Counted from the first letter of the stretch, positions 50,385-61,687 are shown. The stretch: 64,000 nucleotides of DNA from Alphaproteobacteria bacterium (GCA_017507765.1 JAFWAG010000021.1:5903-69902), one strand, 5' to 3'. Notes: generated from the letters alone by a model not told the origin. Made by a program: numbers and translations.

Positions 50385-52187
50385 ATGGGCGGAGATGAAA
50401 TAGAATACAAAGCCGGAGACATTATATATGCCGAAAAAGAAACCGGAAATGCGGTATATTCTATCATATCCGGCACCGTAGAATTATACCAAAAAGGCAC
50501 TTTGGTTATGGAATGCCGTCCTGGGGATTACTTCGGAGAAATCGAAGTAATGGACAACACGTCCCGCATAATGGCAGCTCTCGCCAAGACCAATCTTTTG
50601 GTAAAGAAGATGAACCGAGCCGACTTCCAGACCCTTTTAAAAATGGACGGAGAAGCTTCGGTTGCCGTTATCAAAGGCATCTCGAAGAAAATGCTTCTTT
50701 TAAGCCGTATGGAAAACAAAAATGCTCTGGTTAAAACACCCCCAAAGGGTAAAAACCCTGTCAGCAAACTTTCTCCGTCTCGTTCTTTGGTAAAGAAGGA
50801 TACTCCTTTGCCTCCCCTTAAAGCCAAGTCAAAGAAAAAGCCTTCGATTCTAAGCTTTTTGTTCAAAGATTTATCTTCCGAACCTCCGTTGAATGCTCCA
50901 ATTGTTATCATTCCGGCAATCAAAGGAGATGATGAACATAACTTCCAGCAAATGATAGCGGAAACCGTTCAAGAATTACATGGCATACGCGTAAAAAGCT
51001 ATGAACAGGAAATGCCGACCAACGATATTGGCAAAGCTTTCCTGATTGCCAATTCATGGTTAAAAGACAAGCACGCTAATCTTGTTTTATGGGTAGAAAA
51101 AGAAAAAAACACCGAAGCCGTAACCATTCGTTTTATCCCTCGTAACACCAACCATGATGTTGCAGGAATATTCAATATATACAATTCATTAAAGATTCCT
51201 GTTAATCTTTCTGATGAAGATAAAAATCTTTTAAAAGCCGTAACAGCCGGAGCCATTCCGTCCTTATCTTACGAACAAGGCAAACTTTTAAAACTGTTGG
51301 TTCCGCAAACCTTGGAAACCGTAGCAAAGCCGACCATAGCGGAAAACTTATTCTGTTATGCCAACGCCCTTGCCGCCGCCGGTAACTTTGACACCAAAAG
51401 CACCTTTTATCGCAGAGCCGAAGAAGCCTACGAAGAATATCTTCAATCAGCAAAGGAAAGAGAAAAGGTATACACTGCCGAAGCTTATTATCAGCTTGGG
51501 CTTATTTTGCAAACCAAGGGCGAGCTTATCAACGATTTAGACACTCTTTATAAGTCTGCAACTTCATATGACGAAGCGATTCAGAACGTTGACCGTTTAA
51601 ACTACCCTTCCGAATGGGCTTTGTTTTACCTAAAACTTGGCAACTTGCTGTATAAAATCGCTCAACTTGAAGAAGACAACGAAACCTACGAAAAAGCGAT
51701 GAGCGCCTATAAAAACGCTTTGGACGTATACAACAAAAGCTTTGAGCCGATGCGCTGTGCCGAAGCTTTAAACGGTCTTGGGCTTACCATGCACGTTGTT
51801 GCGGAGCATTTAAAGAATCAAGAGCTTGCCAAAAGCGCCGTTAAACTTTATGCCTCCAGTCTGGAAATCCGTAGCAAGGAAGATACGCCTTTACTATGGG
51901 CAGCAACCAAAAACAACATGGCTTCCGCACAATTTTTACTGGGCAGACAGACCGGAGAACCAGAATACTATATCAGCGCTATCAGCGGATTTAGAGAAGC
52001 ACTGGATATGTACGAAAAGAGCAATTCTTACCGCATGGCAATGGTAACCACAAAAAACTTAAAGCGAGCGGAAGAAGAGTTTACAAAAATCGGAGGTATT
52101 CCCGGCTTGGCAAAATCAGCACGCATACCCTATCCCGAACTGTTTGACGGCTATGGTACAGAAGAAGACGACGGGAAAGCCTCTTAA
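50385..52187 (+). CDS. cyclic-nucleotide-binding domain protein with a P/K-rich linker and TPR-like C-terminal region
   Basis: 600 aa. The N-terminal cNMP-binding fold reads GDIIYAEKETGNAVYSIISGTVELY...GDYFGEIEVMDN..R.A.A. The ~55-aa linker is K/P/S-rich. The C-terminal ~280 aa have repeated helical A..Y......Y pairs resembling TPRs. Confidence 0.6.
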   Translation: MGGDEIEYKAGDIIYAEKETGNAVYSIISGTVELYQKGTLVMECRPGDYFGEIEVMDNTSRIMAALAKTNLLVKKMNRADFQTLLKMDGEASVAVIKGISKKMLLLSRMENKNALVKTPPKGKNPVSKLSPSRSLVKKDTPLPPLKAKSKKKPSILSFLFKDLSSEPPLNAPIVIIPAIKGDDEHNFQQMIAETVQELHGIRVKSYEQEMPTNDIGKAFLIANSWLKDKHANLVLWVEKEKNTEAVTIRFIPRNTNHDVAGIFNIYNSLKIPVNLSDEDKNLLKAVTAGAIPSLSYEQGKLLKLLVPQTLETVAKPTIAENLFCYANALAAAGNFDTKSTFYRRAEEAYEEYLQSAKEREKVYTAEAYYQLGLILQTKGELINDLDTLYKSATSYDEAIQNVDRLNYPSEWALFYLKLGNLLYKIAQLEEDNETYEKAMSAYKNALDVYNKSFEPMRCAEALNGLGLTMHVVAEHLKNQELAKSAVKLYASSLEIRSKEDTPLLWAATKNNMASAQFLLGRQTGEPEYYISAISGFREALDMYEKSNSYRMAMVTTKNLKRAEEEFTKIGGIPGLAKSARIPYPELFDGYGTEEDDGKAS

Positions 52188-52189
52188 AA

Positions 52190-53044
52190 TCATTTAAGTT
52201 CTTTTGCCGAAAACGGAACGGCATAACCGCCGATAACCGTCAGCAAGCTTATTTTACTATCCTTCTTTTTGCGGATTTTTTCCAAACGGGCATCTTCATT
52301 TCCCATATATCCGGAAACTTCCAACAAAAAAGCATGGCTTTCGTCCGGCATATCGTATTTATCCACGATATTTTTCACTTTAATGTCTGCTTCATCAAAG
52401 ATAGCTTTAAGTGCGCTGATACTTACCGAGCCTTTTGTTTCCAAAGCCAATAAAGAATTATCTTTTCCGGTTTCTTCATAAGGCATCTTAGCCAAAGCAT
52501 AAGCTTCTTTTCCTTCGCCCCGCCCTTCTCCGGCACCGCCGACGGGCAATCTGGCAATTACCCGCAAGTCCGTATCTTTACGGGAAGAAAGCAAGCCAAG
52601 CCACCACGGAGCTTCATTTTCATTTCGACTAACGGGAATAATTCCCACACTGGATTGATTGGATTTTACACTGTCTATAACTTCACCGACTATACCGCAA
52701 TCGACAATAGGCGTATAAGCACCAAAGCTGTCTCTGGCTATTTCAATATATCCGGAACCTCTTTCCGGCATATAAACTGCAACTTTAAAGTCGCCTTGCA
52801 TACGGATAAAAGCCCCCATCATTTCCGTCCACAAACGCAGCAAAACTTCCTTTGGAAAGCTTCCCTGATGTCTGGCAATCAGCCTGCGCAAGATTTTCAT
52901 TTGCCGAGCGGGGTGAAATATCGGCTGAGTGGATTTAGCTTTGTATTTTCCTATTTCCAACACGATTTCAGCCCTTTCCATCAGCAAATCATGAAGCTGA
53001 TTATCTACTTTATCTATCTGGGTTCTTAAATCATCTAATTCCAT
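52190..53044 (-). CDS. chorismate mutase domain protein with a prephenate-dehydratase-like C-terminal region (no ACT domain)
   Basis: 284 aa. N-terminal AroQ-type CM signature: LDDLRTQIDKVDNQLHDLLMERAEIVLEIGKYK ... HPARQMKILRRL. The downstream part has PDT-like GIIPV..NE segments. Confidence 0.6.
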   Translation of the reverse strand: MELDDLRTQIDKVDNQLHDLLMERAEIVLEIGKYKAKSTQPIFHPARQMKILRRLIARHQGSFPKEVLLRLWTEMMGAFIRMQGDFKVAVYMPERGSGYIEIARDSFGAYTPIVDCGIVGEVIDSVKSNQSSVGIIPVSRNENEAPWWLGLLSSRKDTDLRVIARLPVGGAGEGRGEGKEAYALAKMPYEETGKDNSLLALETKGSVSISALKAIFDEADIKVKNIVDKYDMPDESHAFLLEVSGYMGNEDARLEKIRKKKDSKISLLTVIGGYAVPFSAKELK

Positions 53045-53141
53045 AGCGTATTTACATACCTTTCATATATTCTCTAATTGCAAGTTTACATGATAGACAG
53101 ATATATCTATAAGAAAAAGAAATAAAAGTGAAGGACGCTTT

Positions 53142-54299
53142 ATGTTTATATTTTTATTACTTGCCATAGCCACTCTCGGCCCCATGACTTTAAATATGTT
53201 TTTGCCGGCTCTGCCTGTGATACAAGCGGATTTTGCGGCACCGTACAGCGTCTTACAGCTTTCCTTAAGCCTTGGGATTATCACCTTTGCCATAGGCACT
53301 TTCTTTAACGGCTTTTTATCGGACAGAATCGGCAGAAAGCCTACGATGATTTTAGGTTTATGGCTTCACATAATCGGCAATGTCATCTGTATTTTTTCGC
53401 CGAATATCTGGTGGTTTATTTTTGGCCGCATAGTCATGAGCTATGGCGGAGCCGGACTGGCCGTAGTTATCCGTGCCAGTATAAGCGACATTTACGGACC
53501 AAAAAAATCCACGGTTATTTATGCATGGCTTGCAATTACCATGGTTTTTGCGCCTATGATAGCCCCCTCTGTAGGCGGTTATATTGCCGAGTTTTTCAAC
53601 TGGAGGGTAATTTTCCTTGTCTTAACAGCTGTTGGCTTGCTTGCCGTCGGAGCAACCATTATCGGCATTCCGGAAACCCGCCCAAAGTTTAGAAACAAAG
53701 TATCTCCGGCAAAAGATTTCCTTTTAGTGTTAAAGAGTAAGGAATGGTGGATTTATGCTTTTCTTTGCGGTTTTGTTTCCTCGGAATCTTTTGCCTTTGT
53801 TTCCGGTATGCCATACATCGCCGAAACCATTTTACATATGACCCCCGGTCAATACGGCTCATGGCTGATGCTTGCGGCGTCCGGATACCTTTTCGGAAAC
53901 CTTATCAGCACCAGATTGGCTAATATCAAAAGCACCTTTTTCATGACCTTTACCGGAGCTTTAATATCTTCTGTCGGCGCCGGCATAATGCTTTGGTGTT
54001 ACCTTACGGATTTAAAGGATTATTACCTAATTTTCTTTGCAATGTCGGTCATAAACCTAGGCACCGGAGTAACGCTTCCCAGTAGCATTTCCGCCTCAAT
54101 CAACCTTGCCGGAGTTCCCCGTGGAGCAAGCGCAGCCATGCAGGGACTCGTTCAAAGCTTAATTCCTGCCGCAGTTGTGCAGTATATAGGAAGTGCTTAT
54201 GACGGCACCGCTTTTGTAACCTTTGCCTGTATCATAAGTATTACGTTTCTGACCGTCATCTTATCCTTAGCGGGCAAGACTCTTACTTCCCGCCGGTGA
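53142..54299 (+). CDS. MFS transporter (Bcr/CflA-like drug:H+ antiporter family)
   Basis: 385 aa with about 12 TM helices. Has GPMTLNMFLPALPVIQADF and the MFS motif A-like LSDRIGRKPTMILGL. Confidence 0.8.
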   Translation: MFIFLLLAIATLGPMTLNMFLPALPVIQADFAAPYSVLQLSLSLGIITFAIGTFFNGFLSDRIGRKPTMILGLWLHIIGNVICIFSPNIWWFIFGRIVMSYGGAGLAVVIRASISDIYGPKKSTVIYAWLAITMVFAPMIAPSVGGYIAEFFNWRVIFLVLTAVGLLAVGATIIGIPETRPKFRNKVSPAKDFLLVLKSKEWWIYAFLCGFVSSESFAFVSGMPYIAETILHMTPGQYGSWLMLAASGYLFGNLISTRLANIKSTFFMTFTGALISSVGAGIMLWCYLTDLKDYYLIFFAMSVINLGTGVTLPSSISASINLAGVPRGASAAMQGLVQSLIPAAVVQYIGSAYDGTAFVTFACIISITFLTVILSLAGKTLTSRR

Positions 54300-54722
54300 A
54301 ACCGTAAAGGATACTTCCGTTCCGCTGGTATCTCCGTCCAGCTGAATCGTAGCGACTCTGTTGCCATGCTTAAAGGTAAGCACGCTCATCTGGGAACGAA
54401 CCACGGTAATTTCCTGCCATCCGAACTTAGGCATTTCCGCCATATAGAAATCGAACAAACCGCCCTGACTGTACGGAGCATTAAAGACGATTCGCCCGCT
54501 CCAAGAGTTCTGACCGCCGAATACCAAAGTCCTTTTTAAGTCCATAACGGCCTGTTCCGGTATGGGAATATCGTTAAACTGGGCGAAATTAGGCGGAATA
54601 GCCTTTGCTTCTCCGGTAACATCGTCCGTGTTCTTAGATGAAGACATAAGCGGCGCACCGTTTGTGCAGGCGACCAAAGATGTTGTAATCATTAAAGAAA
54701 ACAAAAAAACTGCTATTTTCAT
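54267..54722 (-). CDS. hypothetical lipoprotein
   Basis: 151 aa with a signal peptide and lipobox (MKIAVFLFSLMITTSLVAC). Its 3' end overlaps the convergent MFS gene by 33 nt. Confidence 0.6.
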   Translation of the reverse strand: MKIAVFLFSLMITTSLVACTNGAPLMSSSKNTDDVTGEAKAIPPNFAQFNDIPIPEQAVMDLKRTLVFGGQNSWSGRIVFNAPYSQGGLFDFYMAEMPKFGWQEITVVRSQMSVLTFKHGNRVATIQLDGDTSGTEVSFTVSPAGSKSLAR

Positions 54723-54771
54723 AAAAACCTTCCTTGCATAACATTTAGATAAGTTTATTTTATATCATACT

Positions 54772-55566
54772 ATGATAACACCACATATTATCGTTCTCGG
54801 CAATGAAAAAGGTGGCACCGGCAAATCAACGGTAGCCATGCACATCATTGTTCACTTGTTAAGAGACGGCAAAAAAGTCGCTTCTTTGGATTTAGATGGC
54901 CGCCAAGGCTCTTTAACCAAATACATAAAAAACCGCAATTTATATGCGGAGAAGCATGGCATATCCCTTCCGATGCCGGAGCATTTAGCCGTTGCCGCCT
55001 CATCGTCATTTACCGAAAAAAGCATTGCCGAAGACTTAAAAGTTTTGGACAGTACGATTAAAGACTTAAAAAAGATTGCCGACTTTATCGTTATTGATAC
55101 TCCGGGTTCGGACAATTACCTTATGCGTGCAGGCCATAACTATGCCGATACGCTTATCACGCCGATTAACGAAAGCCTTATCGACCTTGACGTTCTTGGC
55201 TCTGTTGATCCGGAAACGCAAAAGATTTCTTCACCAAGCCAATATTCGCAAACCGTTTGGGAAGCCCGAAAGTTCAGAGCTGCCCACCGTTTAAAGCCTT
55301 TGCGTTGGTTTGTGGTCAGAAACCGCCTCTCTCATGTTGACACCCGCAACCGCCATGTAATGGATAAAGTCATCAATGATCTTGCCAAAAGAGTAAGCTT
55401 TACCGCTCTTCCCGGTCTTGGTGAACGGGTTATTTATCGTGAACTGTTTTTAAAAGGCCTTACCATGCTTGATTTGCGGAAAGCCGGCGTTGATATGAAC
55501 ATAGGACTGTCCCATATTGCCGCCCGAAGAGAAATCAAACAGCTTATGGATACAATCGAAGAATGA
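54772..55566 (+). CDS. mipZ: division-plane positioning ATPase MipZ (ParA/MinD superfamily)
   Basis: 264 aa. HIIVLGNEKGGTGKSTVAMHIIVHLLRDGKKVASLDLDGRQGSLTKYIKNR matches the MipZ-specific N-terminus (deviant Walker A followed by DLD.RQ). VIDTPG is also present. Confidence 0.82.
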   Translation: MITPHIIVLGNEKGGTGKSTVAMHIIVHLLRDGKKVASLDLDGRQGSLTKYIKNRNLYAEKHGISLPMPEHLAVAASSSFTEKSIAEDLKVLDSTIKDLKKIADFIVIDTPGSDNYLMRAGHNYADTLITPINESLIDLDVLGSVDPETQKISSPSQYSQTVWEARKFRAAHRLKPLRWFVVRNRLSHVDTRNRHVMDKVINDLAKRVSFTALPGLGERVIYRELFLKGLTMLDLRKAGVDMNIGLSHIAARREIKQLMDTIEE

Positions 55567-56030
55567 TTTACGCTTTTATCGCCGGCTTAGCTTTACTTTT
55601 GATGATTATAGGTATTGGCAATATCTACGACAAAGAAAAGCTTCCCTTTTTGAAAAAGGTTTTAAAGGTTGGCATTGTTATCCTAATAGTTTTGCTTGTT
55701 ATTTTCCTGATTGCGACCGGCCGCATTTCCGCCATAGCCGCTGCATTGGGAGCTTTGGCAATATGGGCGGCAAGGCTTTTACAGCTTGGAATACTATATC
55801 GTAATTTCAAGCATGGCGCAGGACCAAGACAAGCAAAGAATACCGCTTCCGACAATATGAGTACAAAGGAAGCCTATGACATCTTAGGCTTAAAACCCGG
55901 TGCGACAGAGAAAGAAATCAACCAAGCATACAGGGATTTAATGGCAAAGCTCCACCCTGACCACGGAGGAAACGATTATCTGGCAACCCGTTTAAACCAA
56001 GCCAAAGATATTTTGCTTAAAAAGAAATAA
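55563..56030 (+). CDS. membrane-anchored J-domain protein (DjlA-like)
   Basis: 155 aa with three N-terminal hydrophobic helices and a C-terminal J domain carrying HPD (AYDILGLKPGATEKEINQAYRDLMAKLHPDHGG). Overlaps mipZ by 4 nt. Confidence 0.8.
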   Translation: MIYAFIAGLALLLMIIGIGNIYDKEKLPFLKKVLKVGIVILIVLLVIFLIATGRISAIAAALGALAIWAARLLQLGILYRNFKHGAGPRQAKNTASDNMSTKEAYDILGLKPGATEKEINQAYRDLMAKLHPDHGGNDYLATRLNQAKDILLKKK

Positions 56031-56098
56031 CTTTCATAATAAATAAGTATGTATTATCAATACTTATCTTTTGCAGTCTTTATATTAAGGAGTATTCA

Positions 56099-59064
<2,966 letters not shown>

Positions 59065-59109
59065 AGATAACTCCTGCTTTACATTTATAATTGCATCTTC
59101 TAAAGTAAT

Positions 59110-59143
59110 CCTGCCTTTGCATGAAAAACAAAGGCGGGATTTA
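59110..59143 (+). terminator. putative terminator after pgm
   Basis: CCTGCCTTTG (59110-59119) / CAAAGGCGGG (59129-59138), a 10-bp stem with one G-U pair, followed by a short ATTT tract. Confidence 0.5.
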
Positions 59144-59320
59144 GAAGTCTCTTAATAACCAAAGGTTCCATCTTGGATAGACCTCTCCTTGCTTTGTGTC
59201 TGGGAGACAGAGTTATGTCCAGATGCCAAAGCATTAAAAACTTTGTACCGAGTTATTACGGTCTTCTAACTCCCAGGCAAGTGTAGCGCAAAGCCTTGAT
59301 TCTTTATTGGGAGAAAGCAG

Positions 59321-61156
59321 ATGAACCGTACTCAAAAAGGCAGCATTTCCGTTGAAGCAATTGTTATGTTAGGGATTATAGCTTCCCTGACGCCCATACT
59401 TTATAAGCACGTTGCCGACCGCCGCGAAGATATGGATAATATAACCGAAGCAAACACTCTGCTTTTGTTAAAGAACGCCGCCGCAGAATATATCGAAGCG
59501 AACAAAGACACCTTAAGCGTAGGTACAGTTCTTTTTGAGCCAACCGACATCGGTATAGACATATCCGGCTATCAAATCGGGATAAAGAAGGAAGTAAACG
59601 GCACCATAAACGCCATGATAGCCTCCACAAGCGGCAATAATGATATGAAAGCGGCAAAGGTTGCTTCGTTACTTGGCGTATCAGCGGGAATATATTCGGC
59701 ACAGGATAGTAGCAAAGCATGGGGTATCAACGGTATCTGGGCAGAAAATATCTCAAGCTATGGCTTTACGTCTCTGCCGACCGGCGTTCCGGTTGTAACC
59801 ACGGCTTACGACAAAGAAGAAAGCTTTGGAATTAATGAAGAAGAATTAAAAAACATTCTGGAAAATACAAGCTATGATTCTTTAACGGCGAAAAAGCTTT
59901 GTATTGATAATCCGGAAATACCGGAAGATGAAAGATGCATCGAAGATTGGAACATTATCGGCATCAATCCGTTGGAAATTATTGCTGGCTGTAATTCCGG
60001 CATTCAATCTGCCTGTGAAAAAGGCTGGTTAAAAAATATCAATCGTTCCTGCTTGGAAATATCCATAAAGTATAAAGGAGCCGGCTTTATGGCTCCTTCG
60101 GACATATACAAGCTGACGACTTCCCGTAATACCCAAGTTGAAAGAGCCTGCTACTTCGTAAACGGGGAACTTCCAACTAACGAGCAGTTAATTGAAGCCG
60201 TAAAAACCGATGCTATAGCCCGCCGCTATGATTGGGAAAACCATAAAATATCTGCTTCCTGTCAAAACATAATCACAAACTGGCCGGAAGCTACAACGGA
60301 CTTTTATACTCTTGTAACCGGCATTTCCACCTACCAAGCGAACCAACCATGCGTATTTACCGGAAGCAGAGTAGCCACAAACGGAGAAGTCATAACCCAA
60401 TGCAACAGCGCAATAGGAACCGGAGCCGCTTGCCGTTATGGGTGGATTAACAACCTTAATCGTTCATGTGAAAGAGTAATTGCGTCTAACACTTCTGCCC
60501 CTTCCGGCTATTACAATATCACGACGTCCTCCGGAGCAAGCAGCCAGCCCTGTTTCTTTGTAAACCACAGAGTTGCAACCGGACAAGAAACCATAGTTGC
60601 CTGCAATGCTTCCACTACAAGCGCAGCTATGAATAGCAATATTTCCTGCCGTTTTGGGTATGTAAGAGAATATAACAACAACTGCGCAAACATACTTGGA
60701 AACTATCCTGCCGGTATCGAACAAACGCACAGCATAACCACCTCAAATGGCGGAACCCGCAAATTATGTTTAATGTCCTGCGAGGTAATAGGCTCTGTTA
60801 CCGACGGAGAATGCAAAGATGTTAACGGCTGGGGCTGGGTACGGACAAGCACTGCGCTTAACTATTGGGATTCCATAGACTTTTGCAATGCTTTAAATAT
60901 GGCATTAAAGACACCGGCACAATTACAAAGCGACGGCTTATGGAATCCCGGATACAGTAACCCGTTTGCAAATTATTGGGTATGGACAACAAATACTTGC
61001 ACTTGCGGACAATGGAGTAGCACCTTTAGTAACGATTGCGGCTGTCAAGCCTATCTTGGAACCGGAGTTTTAGGCTGGAACCACAGAGAATCCGTATATG
61101 ACGGAGATTGGACAGTCAGTTACGGCTGGGTATACGCCCTCTGCGGCCCGAAGTAG
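59321..61156 (+). CDS. prepilin-leader, Cys-rich-repeat, lectin-like surface protein (intact paralogue)
   Basis: 611 aa. The leader MNRTQKG|SISVEAIVMLGIIASLTPILY has Glu at +5 and about 21 hydrophobic residues, as in type IV pilin / Tad pseudopilin class III signals. There are 24 Cys in total. Four ~67-aa 4-Cys modules span aa 224-497. The C-terminal ~110 aa carry W..s..FC..L...L....QL and a terminal YALCG. Confidence 0.8.
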   Translation: MNRTQKGSISVEAIVMLGIIASLTPILYKHVADRREDMDNITEANTLLLLKNAAAEYIEANKDTLSVGTVLFEPTDIGIDISGYQIGIKKEVNGTINAMIASTSGNNDMKAAKVASLLGVSAGIYSAQDSSKAWGINGIWAENISSYGFTSLPTGVPVVTTAYDKEESFGINEEELKNILENTSYDSLTAKKLCIDNPEIPEDERCIEDWNIIGINPLEIIAGCNSGIQSACEKGWLKNINRSCLEISIKYKGAGFMAPSDIYKLTTSRNTQVERACYFVNGELPTNEQLIEAVKTDAIARRYDWENHKISASCQNIITNWPEATTDFYTLVTGISTYQANQPCVFTGSRVATNGEVITQCNSAIGTGAACRYGWINNLNRSCERVIASNTSAPSGYYNITTSSGASSQPCFFVNHRVATGQETIVACNASTTSAAMNSNISCRFGYVREYNNNCANILGNYPAGIEQTHSITTSNGGTRKLCLMSCEVIGSVTDGECKDVNGWGWVRTSTALNYWDSIDFCNALNMALKTPAQLQSDGLWNPGYSNPFANYWVWTTNTCTCGQWSSTFSNDCGCQAYLGTGVLGWNHRESVYDGDWTVSYGWVYALCGPK

Positions 61157-61173
61157 TAACAAGCAAAAAATGC

Positions 61174-61202
61174 TTTACAAATGAAATAAATATGTCTAAA
61201 AT
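61174..61202 (+). promoter_or_regulatory. candidate sigma70-type promoter for rpsU
   Basis: TTTACA (61174-61179), a 17-nt spacer, then TAAAAT (61197-61202). Confidence 0.5.
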
Positions 61203-61279
61203 AGCAATAGAGATTGAATGGCCTCAGTGCTGTTTGATTAGTTGTTAACTCTGGATACCTATGTTAGGAGGGGATTAAA

Positions 61280-61486
61280 ATAGTACAGGTAGTGGTTCGT
61301 GATAATAACGTTGACCAAGCTCTTAAAGCATTAAAAAAGAAAATGCAGCGGGAAGGCGTTTTTCGGGAAATGAAACTTCGTCGTAGTTACGAAAAACCTT
61401 CCGAAAAAAAGGCACGGGAAAAATCTGAATCCATTCGCCGTTCTCGCAAATTAGAGCGCAAACGTCGTATTATAATGGGATTCTAA
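61280..61486 (+). CDS. rpsU: 30S ribosomal protein S21
   Basis: ..[61 protein letters not shown] is unmistakably S21. The ORF track starts at GTG 61292. Homology and the AGGAGG at 61266-61271 point to the ATA codon at 61280 as the start; see the finding on this gene. Confidence 0.88.
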   Translation: MVQVVVRDNNVDQALKALKKKMQREGVFREMKLRRSYEKPSEKKAREKSESIRRSRKLERKRRIIMGF

Positions 61487-61510
61487 CCTTATCCATAGGT
61501 TAAAAGATTA

Positions 61511-61541
61511 AACAGGCTCTTTTTTAAGAGCCTGTTTTTTA
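61511..61541 (+). terminator. rho-independent terminator after rpsU
   Basis: AACAGGCTCTT (61511-61521) / AAGAGCCTGTT (61526-61536), an 11-bp perfect stem with a 4-nt loop, followed by TTTTT. Confidence 0.85.
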
Positions 61542-61659
61542 TTGTCTTTTTCTGTGCCGATATATCCAAAAGGATAGAATACATCTTTTTCCCTTGCCTT
61601 CTGGGAAAAGCAACCGTATAAATAAGCTTTCATTACTCGTAATTTTTTATGCTTTTATA

Positions 61660-61687
61660 TTGACAGGGTTTCAAAAATCAATATAAT
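61660..61687 (+). promoter_or_regulatory. consensus sigma70 promoter for rpmG
   Basis: TTGACA (61660-61665), a 16-nt spacer, then TATAAT (61682-61687), 44 nt upstream of the rpmG ATG. Confidence 0.7.

Noticed and set aside
59144-59320. About 177 nt of non-coding DNA upstream of the intact pilin-like gene, examined for a small RNA, riboswitch or repeat shared with the 20613-20805 region.
   Set aside because: Only the last ~20 nt are shared between the two upstream regions (TTTATT-GGGAGAAAGCAG-ATG versus TTTATTTAGGGTGAGCAACG-ATG, an RBS region). Nothing else is convincingly conserved in structure or sequence.
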